Below are positions 27,401 to 35,834 of a DNA stretch of 64,000 bases, one piece after another. The notes beneath the pieces are model-generated. The model was given only the letters and a program-made list of their open reading frames with translations, was not told where the DNA came from and ran no database searches. Numbering within the stretch: the first letter of the stretch is position 1; every line of letters begins with the position of its first letter. Source of the DNA: Candidatus Limnocylindrus sp. (GTDB lineage: Bacteria; Chloroflexota; Limnocylindria; Limnocylindrales; Limnocylindraceae); NCBI GenBank assembly GCA_040397175.1, contig JBBAWM010000002.1, forward strand, positions 1 through 64,000, given 5' to 3'. The position numbers and the translations under genes were made by a program.

Positions 27401-28026
27401 GCATCGTGATGGAGCACCAAGAGCTGCGCGCACGACTCGAGTCCCTTGAGGTCCAGACGCGTGACCTTGACGGTGCGATCGAGAAGGCCGCAACGCTGAT
27501 GCGGGAGCTTGACCTGCTCGTTGAATCAACCTTTACGGAGCAGTTCGCCGCACTGCAGACCACCTTCGCTTCGAACTTCCAACTCCTCTTTGGTGGCGGA
27601 GATGCGCAGCTGCGACTTGCCGATGACGGTGAGTCACGTCGGCCCGGCGTTGAAATTGATGCGCGGCCACCCCTGAAGCGTCGACAGCAGCTCTCGCTCC
27701 TCTCAGGTGGAGAGCGCGCCCTCACCGGCGTGGCACTCCTGCTGGGCATGCTGGCGGTGCGACCACTCCCATTCGTCGTCCTTGACGAAGTGGATGCTGC
27801 GCTCGACGAGGCGAATGTCACGCGCTTCGGCGATGCCATTCGTGAGCTGAGTGAGCGCACCCAGGTCGTGGTGATTACGCATAACCGCGGTACGGTCGAA
27901 GTGGCCGATAGCCTTTGGGGCGTAACGGTTGGTGAAGATGCGGCAAGTCGTGTCTTTGGGCTGCGCCTTGATGAGGCGAAGCGCATCGCCGATCAGGCTC
28001 GCGCGGAGCGCGAGGCGGCGCGTTGA
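24415..28026 (+). CDS. smc: chromosome partition protein SMC
   Basis: GFKTFA, GPNGSGKSN, coiled coils, LSGGE, LDEVDAALD, ITH; rnc-smc-ftsY synteny. Confidence 0.93.
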   Translation: MSRLRLREVRLSGFKTFADKTTIAFTPGITAIVGPNGSGKSNVVDALRWALGEAGRGIRSKRVEEVIFAGSEKRRPLGLAEVSLSIANDDGLFDLPFTEIEIARRADRGGGQEYLLNREKIRLRDLNELLDGAGLAENGLLFIGQGAVDQALSLKAEERRALVEEFAGTARHERRRARAETEMKEAIDNRARVEEILGTLRPQERRLATLAKQEAGREELLTEAVERIAALGAARGAWIASRRVRIGGQLSTVTSELQSIREQLRNADEEAHRRRERLGLARTDLDVARRALEAAREARESAERAHARVEAESTALSRDVERIASEVAVAESEIASVEALRAAAAPAVDAEAVAALEILDADLSAARRELEALTDGSGASGSDSAVRAQRSREVERADLTARLERLQAERTAVTADGASEDPSAAESVLILAATAASDAAARLAAASRELAEAESGAAAARATVGESERAARAAEAEAASLSGRLTALEARRTALQERALSKAAHAIGGRSLLSGVELREEGRTAVLAALGALARGFVVDQRGASLLDDEQGALVIDGADVIGTITHPTLSSLSSEIVSDSDGLLGRLLASVFVAPSVAAALSALADLPRGGTIVTRAGAVVRHGGVVIRETEPEDALVDSEISRAAAATERLRVVAATLRSEAIVAAGTLTSAESRLTQGRDAEVSTRAALRAAESARAEAERRRDAVRRSTSERAERISRLDSAVTAAQARLNEIALIPEQAVATDAATQWRTRVEELTARRADLATAVETDRAALRTWELARARGDATVAGASARITRAAQERGALETRVANLRAQLAEQSGLATAARAAATQREESVQAKAALQVEIESEIATDEEAKRGLRSREQHLDEALRPLERDAQAVEFERERFIEELSGDLAAFGRRLSEDARLAAGIPAVLRTSTPADDAEVPAEGDTAAREGLARQQAAALAVYWEGQRAATEGTPLVAPDPEELRALERLRRKIGPLEAGGASIVMEHQELRARLESLEVQTRDLDGAIEKAATLMRELDLLVESTFTEQFAALQTTFASNFQLLFGGGDAQLRLADDGESRRPGVEIDARPPLKRRQQLSLLSGGERALTGVALLLGMLAVRPLPFVVLDEVDAALDEANVTRFGDAIRELSERTQVVVITHNRGTVEVADSLWGVTVGEDAASRVFGLRLDEAKRIADQARAEREAAR

Positions 28027-28934
28027 AACTCGCCTTCTGGCGAAAGAGTTCACCTGAGGACGAGAAGCGTGTGTCTGAGGCCATCACCCCCGCCTCAAAC
28101 CCTCTCGCCAAGGCGCTGCGTCGATTCACCGCCCCAGAACCTGATTGGCAGGAGATTGAAGTAGCCCTGCTCGCCAGTGATGTTGGGCTGGTGGCTACCA
28201 CCGCACTCATTCAAGCGGCGCGAGCTGGTGGTGGGGCCAGCGGGCGTGCTCGGGTACGGGCTGCCGCACTCAGGTTGCTTGGCGATGATCTGGCGCGCCT
28301 GAACGAGGAGGCGGATGTGGTGCTGCTCGTTGGCGTCAACGGCGTCGGGAAGACGACTACCGCCGCCAAGTTGGCGGCCCGAGCGAAAGGGGCTGGCCTC
28401 TCACCACTTCTTGTCGCTGCAGATACGTTTCGTGCGGCGGCGATCGATCAGCTGCGTGCGCTCGGCCTTCGTGAAGGAGTTGAAGTTGTCGAGGGACGCC
28501 CCGGCGGTGATCCCGCAGCCGCCATCCACGATGCGCTAACGCTGGCTGCGGCGCGAACCTATACCCCCGTCATCATCGACACCGCTGGTCGGATGCAAAC
28601 GCGGAGCGGCCTCATGGATGAGCTGGCCAAGATTCGGCGCGTCGTGTCGAAGGTTGCCCCGACGCGAACGGTCGAAGTACTGCTCGTCTTAGATGGTACC
28701 GCCGGACAGAACGGCCTCGCCCAAGCGCGTGGGTTCGACGCCTCGGCGGGGGTTGATGGCATCGTCCTGACTAAGCTTGATAGTGGTGCGCGTGGTGGTG
28801 TGGCGCTGGCGGTGCGACGTGAGCTTGGCCTGCCGATTCGTTGGATCGGAACGGGCGAGCGTGCCACCGACCTCGTGCCGTTCGCCGCTGAGGCGTACGT
28901 CGACGGGTTGTTAGGAGCGCCGACGAACTCCTGA
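28023..28934 (+). CDS. ftsY: SRP receptor FtsY (NG domain only)
   Basis: GVNGVGKTTT, DTFRAAA, DTAGR, GQNG, TKLD. Confidence 0.95.
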   Translation: MKLAFWRKSSPEDEKRVSEAITPASNPLAKALRRFTAPEPDWQEIEVALLASDVGLVATTALIQAARAGGGASGRARVRAAALRLLGDDLARLNEEADVVLLVGVNGVGKTTTAAKLAARAKGAGLSPLLVAADTFRAAAIDQLRALGLREGVEVVEGRPGGDPAAAIHDALTLAAARTYTPVIIDTAGRMQTRSGLMDELAKIRRVVSKVAPTRTVEVLLVLDGTAGQNGLAQARGFDASAGVDGIVLTKLDSGARGGVALAVRRELGLPIRWIGTGERATDLVPFAAEAYVDGLLGAPTNS

Positions 28935-30221
28935 CGTTGGAATCTGCGAGAGCGATTGGATCCTGCCTAGTCGAGAGGCGGCAACGAAGAGGCCAACCGC
29001 AATTGAGGCGAGGCCGCCAACGACGAGCGCCGCACCACTCCCGGCTACGGAACTGCCGATCACTCCGCCGATCACGATCCCCAGAAGCCGACCAAGGATG
29101 CCGATTCCGTCATTCGCAGCGTTCGCACGCCCCTGGAAGGCAGCCGGCAAGACGCGGCCACGGATTGCAGCCTGATTCGCCTCCCACACGGTTTCGAAGC
29201 CGTCGCTCAGCAGCTGGTGGCCGATGAGCATGGCGAAACCGATCAGGGTTGGGCCAGGCGCGAGTGGCACGAGGATCAAGCCGAAGCCCACGATCACCAG
29301 GCTGACAGAGATCGCACGCCCAACCCCGAGGAGTCGGGAGATGCGCTCGGTGAGTGTGCCGCCGAGGAAGGCTGCGATGCCACCCGTTGCAATGACCAGG
29401 CCGATCGCCTGTGGGCCAAGCCCTATCCCATTCGTGATGTAGAGCAGATAGGAGGAGCGGAAGAGCCCAAAGTAGAGGCCAATCACAAACGTCGCGACCA
29501 AGAGCGGCCGCATCAGCACGACGGACCATGTTTTCTGAAGCCCGTCGATGAGCTCACGCTGGAAGCTCAGCCGCGCAGATTCTGGTGGCAGCTTCGGTTC
29601 TGCCACACGGAGCAAGCCGATCAATATCGCCGAAACGATGTAGGTCGCAGCATCGATGCCGATAGCCGCTGGTCCACCAAACGCACCGATCAGGAGTCCA
29701 GCCGAACCAAATCCGAAGAATTCGGCGGCTCCCCGGATTGCCATCGTTCGCGCAAGAACGGCACGCAGCGATGGGGCGTTCACGAGTCCAGCCACATAGC
29801 TTCGTTCGGCGATATCGAACGTGGTGGTGCACATACCGCTTACGGCACTCACCGCGATCAGATGGGGGAGGGTTACGCCTCCGAAGATGGCGGCAGCGAG
29901 CGGGATGGACCCGAGCAGCACCGCGCGCAAAAGATCGGTACCAATGAGAACGGGCTTGCGGGGGAGTCGGTCGATCCACACCCCAGCCAGCTGGCTTACG
30001 AACGCCCCTGCGATCAGGTCAACCGCGGCTAAGGCGGCCGCTTCTGCTGCGTTGATGTGCAAGCCAAGGATGGCGAGGAGGGGGAGGGCAGCCCGCGTGA
30101 TGAAGGAGCCGTAGGTCGAGACGGCCTGCGCGCTGATAAGCATGTTGACGTCGTTCCGCACGCGTGGGGCCAAATCCTGCAGACCACCCCGGTCCTTGGG
30201 CACAACTTTTCGAGCCGTCAT
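28911..30221 (-). CDS. MFS transporter (MFS_3 / H+-antiporter-like)
   Basis: About 12 hydrophobic segments; motif A AGVWIDRLPRKPVL; VLPAAFQGRANA. Start revised to ATG 30221; the extension to 30824 is antisense to ffh. Confidence 0.88.
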   Translation of the reverse strand: MTARKVVPKDRGGLQDLAPRVRNDVNMLISAQAVSTYGSFITRAALPLLAILGLHINAAEAAALAAVDLIAGAFVSQLAGVWIDRLPRKPVLIGTDLLRAVLLGSIPLAAAIFGGVTLPHLIAVSAVSGMCTTTFDIAERSYVAGLVNAPSLRAVLARTMAIRGAAEFFGFGSAGLLIGAFGGPAAIGIDAATYIVSAILIGLLRVAEPKLPPESARLSFQRELIDGLQKTWSVVLMRPLLVATFVIGLYFGLFRSSYLLYITNGIGLGPQAIGLVIATGGIAAFLGGTLTERISRLLGVGRAISVSLVIVGFGLILVPLAPGPTLIGFAMLIGHQLLSDGFETVWEANQAAIRGRVLPAAFQGRANAANDGIGILGRLLGIVIGGVIGSSVAGSGAALVVGGLASIAVGLFVAASRLGRIQSLSQIPTSGVRRRS

Positions 30222-30243
30222 TGCGCGAGCGTACACTCTGGGC
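30222..30243. promoter_or_regulatory. 22-bp bidirectional promoter predicting leaderless MFS and ffh mRNAs
   Basis: CAT-6nt-AGCGTACACT-6nt-ATG: TACACT on +, TACGCT on -, sharing the central TA. Confidence 0.7.
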
Positions 30244-31677
30244 ATGTTTGACGCGCTTGGTAGCAGTCTTCGGGCCTCACTCCGCCGGCTCACGGGGAGT
30301 GGACGCATCAGTGCCGCCGATCTTGAGGCCGGCCTGGCCGACATTCGCACCTCCCTGATCGGCGCCGACGTGGCAATGCCCGTTGTTGCGCAGCTACTCG
30401 ATCGGATCGGTGAGCGGGCGCGCGCGAGCGAGATCGTGGGCGGCCTTGGTGCGGGCGAGCGTATGCTTGGCATCCTGCACAGTTCCCTGACTGAAACGCT
30501 TGGCGGATCTGGTCGCGAACTCGACCTGCGTGAACGACCGGCGACCATTCTTCTCCTCGGCGTGCAAGGCGCGGGGAAGACGACCACAGCAGCAAAGTTG
30601 GCATATCGCCTGACGAAAGATGGCCGCCGACCACTGCTCGTGGCCGCCGATCCGCGTCGCCCCGCGGCTGCGGAGCAGCTTGCCACGCTAGCGTCGGCAA
30701 TCAAGGTGCCCATGCATCGAGAGGCGCCCGGAACTCCAGTGGCAGAGATCGGTACCCGCGCCATTGCCGCCGCGCGACGGCTCGGACTCGACGTCGTCAT
30801 CATCGACAGCTCAGGGCGCACCACCCTTGACGACGAGCTCCTCGAGGAGTTGCGCGACCTTCGTGATGCGACGAAGCCGCGGGAGCGACTTCTTGTCCTC
30901 GACGCCGCGACGGGTCAGTCGGCGTTGGCGATCGCGGAAGGATTCAAGTCAGTCACTGAACCAACTGGCCTGATCCTTTCCAAGCTGGATGGCGATGCGC
31001 GCGGCGGTGCTGCGCTCTCCATTGCCGGCGGTGCAGGTATTCCAGTCGTGTACGTTGGGACCGGCGAACGCTCCGATGCACTGGAACGGTTCTACCCCGA
31101 GCGCATTGCAAATCGCATCCTTGACATGGGCGATCTTGCCACGCTAGCCGAACGCGTCCGCGATGCGGAGGTCGGCCCTCTCGCGGCGCCGGACGCTGAG
31201 ATCCGCGCAAAGGCGGCAGAGGCGCGCGCACTCCGTGGCGGAATGACCTTCGACGACCTTCTCAGTCAACTTCGCCAAATGTCGTCGCTCGGACCGATTG
31301 GCCAGGTGGTCAAGATGATCCCCGGCATGGGAGGGATGGCCGAACAGGCCGAGGCCGCCGTTGCCAGCGGCGAGCTGAAGCGCACCGAGGCGATCATCCT
31401 CTCCATGACCCCCGCTGAGCGGCGTGACCCAGCCCTCTTGACCTTGCCGCGTCGCCGACGCATTGCCGCAGGCGCAGGCCGAGCCATTGAGGAGGTCAAT
31501 CGGCTGGTAAAGCGGCTCGAAGAGATGCGCACCCTCATGCGACGCGCTGGCGGCGGCGACCCGAGCCGGCTGATGGGCGGCGGGGCGGGCCTCCCTGGCA
31601 AGCACGCAGGGGGGCGGATCCCCCCGAAGGCGGCGAAGCGGGAGAAGCGGGCGAAAAAGGGCGGCAAACGGCGCTAA
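30244..31677 (+). CDS. ffh: signal recognition particle protein Ffh
   Basis: MFDAL, GVQGAGKTTT, DSSGR, KLDGDARGGAALS, RILDMGD, M-domain AIILSMT..RRRRIAAGAG; start revised to 30244. Confidence 0.96.
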   Translation: MFDALGSSLRASLRRLTGSGRISAADLEAGLADIRTSLIGADVAMPVVAQLLDRIGERARASEIVGGLGAGERMLGILHSSLTETLGGSGRELDLRERPATILLLGVQGAGKTTTAAKLAYRLTKDGRRPLLVAADPRRPAAAEQLATLASAIKVPMHREAPGTPVAEIGTRAIAAARRLGLDVVIIDSSGRTTLDDELLEELRDLRDATKPRERLLVLDAATGQSALAIAEGFKSVTEPTGLILSKLDGDARGGAALSIAGGAGIPVVYVGTGERSDALERFYPERIANRILDMGDLATLAERVRDAEVGPLAAPDAEIRAKAAEARALRGGMTFDDLLSQLRQMSSLGPIGQVVKMIPGMGGMAEQAEAAVASGELKRTEAIILSMTPAERRDPALLTLPRRRRIAAGAGRAIEEVNRLVKRLEEMRTLMRRAGGGDPSRLMGGGAGLPGKHAGGRIPPKAAKREKRAKKGGKRR

Positions 31678-31713
31678 TTCACGGGGAGAGATGCGCCCGA
31701 ACCGCTGAGCGGC

Positions 31714-31796
31714 TAGGATTCACGGACTGACCCCCTGGCCACGCCAGGGCCACCAGCCGCTCCGGAAGGGGCGGCGCCTCGGAGGATGCATCAAGG
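31714..31796 (+). promoter_or_regulatory. rpsP promoter and structured 5' leader
   Basis: TAGGAT (31714-19); hairpins 31733-31749 and 31756-31775 (GGAA tetraloop); SD GGAGG. Confidence 0.5.
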
Positions 31797-32315
31797 ATGA
31801 GTGTTCGGATCCGTTTGACCCGCGTGGGCGCATCGAAGCAGCCATCGTATCGCGTGGTTGCCACCGATCGTCGTTCGCCTCGAGATGGTCGCTCGCTAGA
31901 AATTCTTGGCCACTACAACCCACGCACCGAGCCGCTGACGCTGGTGTTGGATCTCGCCAAGGTTGATGCTTGGATTGCCAAGGGCGCCCAGCCATCTGAT
32001 GTTGTCGGCAAGTTGATTACGAAGGCACGCGCTGGCGGAACCGCCATGGGCGGCAAGACGTTGGCCAAGGCTGCAACGCCGGGCTACACCAAGCCTGGCA
32101 CGCGACCAGTCGTCGAAGAGGCAACGATCGTTGTTGAAGCTGCGCCAGAGGCCGCAGTTGAGGCGACCGCTGATGCTGCAGCTCCTGAGGCCGCTCCGGC
32201 TGAAGATGCACCTGTCGTTGAAGCTGCACCGGTAGAGGAGGTCGCGGTTGTTGAAGCTGCACCCGTCGCCGAAGAGGCACCAGCAGAGGCGGCACCAGCC
32301 GCCGAGGAGGCGTAA
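31797..32315 (+). CDS. rpsP: 30S ribosomal protein S16 with long Ala/Glu/Pro tail
   Basis: [36 protein letters not shown]. Confidence 0.96.
   Translation: MSVRIRLTRVGASKQPSYRVVATDRRSPRDGRSLEILGHYNPRTEPLTLVLDLAKVDAWIAKGAQPSDVVGKLITKARAGGTAMGGKTLAKAATPGYTKPGTRPVVEEATIVVEAAPEAAVEATADAAAPEAAPAEDAPVVEAAPVEEVAVVEAAPVAEEAPAEAAPAAEEA
32130..32263 (+). repeat. three imperfect 17-nt direct repeats (GTYGTTGAAGCTGCRCC = VVEAAP) in the rpsP tail
   Basis: Copies start at 32130, 32214 and 32247. Confidence 0.7.
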
Positions 32316-32549
32316 GTGGCAGCAGCACAGCTTGTTGAGTACGTTGCGAAGTCGCTTGCCGACAACCCAGACGGCGTCAGCGTTGAAGTAGAAGAGGATG
32401 GCGACGCCATCATCTTGCGCCTCCTCGTCGACGAAGAGGATATGGGCCGCGTCATCGGTCGAAACGGCAGCATTGCAAAGGCGATGCGCAGCCTGTTGAA
32501 GGTTGTCTCAAATCGCACCGGAGAGAACTACGTCCTCGAAATTGGCTGA
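32316..32549 (+). CDS. khpA: RNA-binding KH protein KhpA
   Basis: LVEYVAKSLADNPD, DMGRVIGRNG; rpsP-khpA-rimM synteny. Confidence 0.92.
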   Translation: MAAAQLVEYVAKSLADNPDGVSVEVEEDGDAIILRLLVDEEDMGRVIGRNGSIAKAMRSLLKVVSNRTGENYVLEIG

Positions 32550-33183
32550 TGCAACGACGGACCTGCGCGTTGCGCAAGTTCGCGGCGTTCGCGGTCTTGA
32601 CGGTTCACTCCGGCTCGAAGTTCTGACCGATACCCCTGAACAGCGCTTTGTTCCAGGCGCGCGTCTCTCGATTGAGAGCTCAGATCGCCTCCTCACCATT
32701 CTTGAAGTGACCCCAAGTTCTCCTGGCCTGTTCGTACGCTTCGGCGAGGTGCAGAGTCGACTCGCAGGCGAACGACTGATTGGCGCATATCTCACGATTC
32801 CTGCCGCGCAGGTGCAGATCCCGCCAGACCGTGTGCTCTGGGACGAAGTGATTGGGGTTACGGTGCGCGACCCGCAAGGCGAAATCATCGGTGAGGTTCG
32901 TGATCTCTATCGCGCTGGCGGCGCCGAGGTCTATGTTGTACAGACGCCAGATGGGGGAGAGATTGACCTCCCCGCCGTTGCTGCGGTGATCGTGGAGTTT
33001 GCGCCCCGCGAGGGCCGCATCGTCGCGGACCTCACCGGGTCAGAGCTCACCGTTCGCGCGGCAAAGGCCGTTCGGCGGCGTGGGCCGCAGAAGACGCCTG
33101 GCAGCGTCGCCTCGCTGCGTGCCGCAAAGGCATCACGCCGGCCGAAGCAGCGCGCCGCCAAGCCCCCGGCAGGTGATGCATGA
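32542..33183 (+). CDS. rimM: ribosome maturation factor RimM
   Basis: GVRGLDG..TDTPEQRF, PRC barrel (IGEVRDLY..GAEVYVV); start revised to TTG 32542. Confidence 0.9.
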   Translation: MADATTDLRVAQVRGVRGLDGSLRLEVLTDTPEQRFVPGARLSIESSDRLLTILEVTPSSPGLFVRFGEVQSRLAGERLIGAYLTIPAAQVQIPPDRVLWDEVIGVTVRDPQGEIIGEVRDLYRAGGAEVYVVQTPDGGEIDLPAVAAVIVEFAPREGRIVADLTGSELTVRAAKAVRRRGPQKTPGSVASLRAAKASRRPKQRAAKPPAGDA

Positions 33184-33890
33184 GCGATGACGTGCGCCCA
33201 ACACTAAAGATCGATGTGATCTCACTCTTCCCTGAAACGATCATGGCGGCGCTCTCTGCGAGCATTCCAGCGCGAGCCCTTGAGCGAGGGTTGGCGACCC
33301 TCACCTGTCATGATCTACGCACCTGGGGGATCGGGAAGCACCGCTCGGTCGACGATGAGCCGTACGGCGGTGGTGCAGGGATGCTTTTGCGGCCAGAGCC
33401 TCTTGTGGAGGCGATTGAAGCGCTGTGCGGGCCAGACTCAACCGTGATCCTCTTCGATGCCGGCGGTGAACGCCTGCGGCAGCCACGGGTTCGTGCGCTG
33501 GCGGCGGCCTCGCACCTGATCATCATCTGCGGGCGTTACGAAGGGGTAGACGACCGCGTTCGAGCCTATGTCGATCTCGAGCTGAGCCTCGGTGATTTCG
33601 TCCTCTCCGGTGGTGAGCCGGCGGCGATCGTCCTCTGTGACGCGATCCTGCGCCTCGTCCCTGGAGCGATTGATGCGGCGTCGCTCTCCGAGGAGTCGTT
33701 CTCCGCAGATCTCCTGGAGTATCCCCAGTTCACCCGCCCCGCCGAATTCCGCGGAGTGGGGGTCCCCGACATCCTCCTCTCAGGGAACCACGCTGGGGTC
33801 GCCGCGTGGCGGCACGAGGAGGCGATTCGTCGCACTCAGCGCCAGCGCCCTGACCTTGCCAAGCCTACGAAGGGGAGCGAGGGGTCGTAA
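33180..33890 (+). CDS. trmD: tRNA m1G37 methyltransferase
   Basis: VDDEPYGGGAGM, CGRYEGVDDR, SLGDFVLSGGE, EYPQFTRP, LLSGNH. Confidence 0.97.
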   Translation: MSDDVRPTLKIDVISLFPETIMAALSASIPARALERGLATLTCHDLRTWGIGKHRSVDDEPYGGGAGMLLRPEPLVEAIEALCGPDSTVILFDAGGERLRQPRVRALAAASHLIIICGRYEGVDDRVRAYVDLELSLGDFVLSGGEPAAIVLCDAILRLVPGAIDAASLSEESFSADLLEYPQFTRPAEFRGVGVPDILLSGNHAGVAAWRHEEAIRRTQRQRPDLAKPTKGSEGS

Positions 33891-33911
33891 GGGGAGGCTC
33901 CAGGGGGGCTG

Positions 33912-33949
33912 TGCTATTCTCACCGCCCGCGCCGACAGGTTCTGTCGGC
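33912..33949 (+). promoter_or_regulatory. rplS extended -10 and leader hairpin
   Basis: TGcTATTCT (33912-20); 8-bp hairpin GCCGACAG-GTT-CTGTCGGC (33931-33949). Confidence 0.55.
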
Positions 33950-33966
33950 CACCACGGAGATGAAAC

Positions 33967-34617
33967 ATGGACCTGATCCGCACGCTGACCAATGCCCAGA
34001 TGAAGAGCGATCTCCCGGAGATCAAGGCCGGCGACACCGTCAAGGTGTCGGCAAAGGTCGTTGAAGGGAACCGAGAGCGCATTCAGGTATTCGAGGGCAC
34101 CGTCATGCGCCTGCGCGGCGGCGGACTCGGGTTGAACATCACCGTTCGACGTATCGCCTCAGGCGTTGGCGTCGAGCGAACCTTCAAGGTGCACAGCCCA
34201 CGCATCGAGAAGATCGAAGTGGTCCGACACGGCGTGTCGAACCGTGCCCAGCTCTACTTCCTTCGTGATCGCGTTGGCAAGCAGTCGTCGCTCCGCGAGC
34301 GCCGCGATAGCGCCACCGACATTGCGAAGAACGAGGTGAAGGCCGCAGCAAAGAAGGCCATTAAGGATGAGGCGGACGCCGTGACTGCCGCTGCCGCTGC
34401 AGTGGTTGCAGCCGAAGCGGCCGCTGTGGCCGCTACCGCCGCCGCAGCCGTCGCCGCCGAAGAGGCCGCCGCCGCTGCAACTGCAGCCGAGGTCGTTGCA
34501 GAAGCCCCTGTCGCTGAAGCCGCAATCGCTGAGGCGCCGGCCGCCGAAGTTGCGACCGAAGAGAGCGCACCCGCTGAGGCGCCAGTCGCTGAGGAGACGG
34601 AGAAGGCTCCGGAGTGA
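33967..34617 (+). CDS. rplS: 50S ribosomal protein L19 with ~100-aa Ala/Glu tail
   Basis: GDTVKV..EGNRERIQVFEG, TVRRIASGVGVERTF, RAQLYFLR. Confidence 0.97.
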   Translation: MDLIRTLTNAQMKSDLPEIKAGDTVKVSAKVVEGNRERIQVFEGTVMRLRGGGLGLNITVRRIASGVGVERTFKVHSPRIEKIEVVRHGVSNRAQLYFLRDRVGKQSSLRERRDSATDIAKNEVKAAAKKAIKDEADAVTAAAAAVVAAEAAAVAATAAAAVAAEEAAAAATAAEVVAEAPVAEAAIAEAPAAEVATEESAPAEAPVAEETEKAPE

Positions 34618-35285
34618 GCAACCTGCGGCCCACGAGTGGCCGCACACTGCCAACTCGCGAACTTGAGCTACGCCACGGTCATCCTGAGCGCGCCGTCATC
34701 GGCATCGATGAAGTAGGTCTCGCCCCACTCGCTGGCCCGGTCGTCGCCTGCGCGATCTTGATGCCTGGAGGAGATCCAATCCCCGGCGTTCGCGATTCGA
34801 AGATGCTGACGCCCGCACGTCGCGTGGTGCTTGCCGAGCAGATTCGAAACGTGGCGGTCGCGATCGGCATCGGCGCAGCCTCCGCGCGAGAGGTGGAGCG
34901 CATTAATCCCCGCGCGGCGTCGCATCGCGCAATGGCGCGCGCCGTTGCGCAGCTCACGCGTAGAAGGGGAGAGGCGCCAGATTTCGCTCTCGTTGATGGG
35001 AGCAGTGCACGGGACCTTCGGGATCTGATCGGACCACACGCAACGGTCGTTCGCGGCGATCAGTCGGTCTACGTAATCGCCTGCGCCTCGATCGTCGCGA
35101 AGGTGCTTCGCGATACGCTCATGGCTGACTTGTCGCTGCGCTACCCCGGATACGGCTGGGAATCCAATGTGGGATATCCAGCCCCCGCACACCTTGCCGC
35201 CCTTGATGCACTCGGCGTGACCCCGCACCATCGCCGCACCTATGCCCCAGTTGCCGCGCGCATCGGCCTCCTGCCACGCAGCTAA
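34614..35285 (+). CDS. rnhB: ribonuclease HII (GRG motif altered)
   Basis: GIDEVGLAPLAGPV, DSK, VDG, RGD, ASIVAKVLRD, YPGYGW, HRRTY. Confidence 0.92.
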   Translation: MSNLRPTSGRTLPTRELELRHGHPERAVIGIDEVGLAPLAGPVVACAILMPGGDPIPGVRDSKMLTPARRVVLAEQIRNVAVAIGIGAASAREVERINPRAASHRAMARAVAQLTRRRGEAPDFALVDGSSARDLRDLIGPHATVVRGDQSVYVIACASIVAKVLRDTLMADLSLRYPGYGWESNVGYPAPAHLAALDALGVTPHHRRTYAPVAARIGLLPRS

Positions 35286-35330
35286 GCCTGGGAAACGTCG
35301 CCGGTACGGCGCCGCTGTGAGCATGCGCTG

Positions 35331-35678
35331 GTGGCAAATAGTCAGGCACTGCGTGCAATCATCGGTCGTGAGGCGGAAGCGCTGGCGGCGCGCTCCCTGG
35401 CTCACAGCGGCTGGGTGATTCTTGCTCAAAACCTGCGGCTGGGACGACTTGAGGTGGACCTGCTCGCACGGGACGCGTGTGGCTCCCTGGTTGCCGTTGA
35501 GGTGCGTCGTCGTAGGTCCGTCGGCGCCGCCTCGCCGTCAGAGCTCTTGGGGGCACGTAAACTGCGGGCACTGCGGCGGCAGCGCGCGCACCTCCCCGAC
35601 GGGTGCCGCATCGACCTGCTCCTCGTGCTCGGCAGCCCCAGGCACGAGCGCCTACGCCTCGTTCGTGGGATTGCCTAG
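35331..35678 (+). CDS. yraN: YraN/UPF0102 family endonuclease-fold protein
   Basis: GREAEALA, ILAQN, EVDLLA, VAVEVRRR, RIDL; follows rnhB. Confidence 0.82.
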   Translation: MANSQALRAIIGREAEALAARSLAHSGWVILAQNLRLGRLEVDLLARDACGSLVAVEVRRRRSVGAASPSELLGARKLRALRRQRAHLPDGCRIDLLLVLGSPRHERLRLVRGIA

Positions 35679-35693
35679 GGCCGCGGCGCCTCG

Positions 35694-35702
35694 TGCTAGG
35701 AT
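35694..35702 (+). promoter_or_regulatory. rpsB extended -10
   Basis: TGcTAGGAT. Confidence 0.65.
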
Positions 35703-35744
35703 TCCCAAGCGTTCGGATCGGACGTCCGCCCCCGCAAGGGGTCG

Positions 35745-35834
35745 AAATACGCACGCGGAATACGACGCCTCACTACGGTGGCCCTTCGGGGTCGTGACGG
35801 CGCCCCGCGGTGGAATAACCGTGTAAGGAGAACT
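35745..35834 (+). ncRNA. S2 ribosomal leader (t44-like)
   Basis: ACGCAC..CGGTGGCCC-TTCG-GGGTCG..GGAATAACC upstream of rpsB, resembling the conserved rpsB-tsf autoregulatory leader. Confidence 0.7.

Noticed and set aside
24415-28026. SMC as a Wadjet/MksB defence ATPase
   Set aside because: Canonical rnc-smc-ftsY context and no jetABD/mksEFG neighbours
30222-30824. 201-aa N-terminal extension on the MFS ORF (apparent 637-aa fusion)
   Set aside because: Antisense shadow of ffh; transporter homology and the promoter point to ATG 30221
31756-31775. TCCGGAAGG hairpin just after ffh, resembling the SRP RNA helix 8 tetraloop
   Set aside because: Lacks the CAGG/AGCA internal loop and the long stem of 4.5S RNA; treated as an rpsP leader hairpin
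32100-34617. GCC/GCA/GAG-rich repeats considered as a CRISPR or tandem array
   Set aside because: In-frame low-complexity coding tails of rpsP and rplS; no repeat-spacer periodicity and no cas genes
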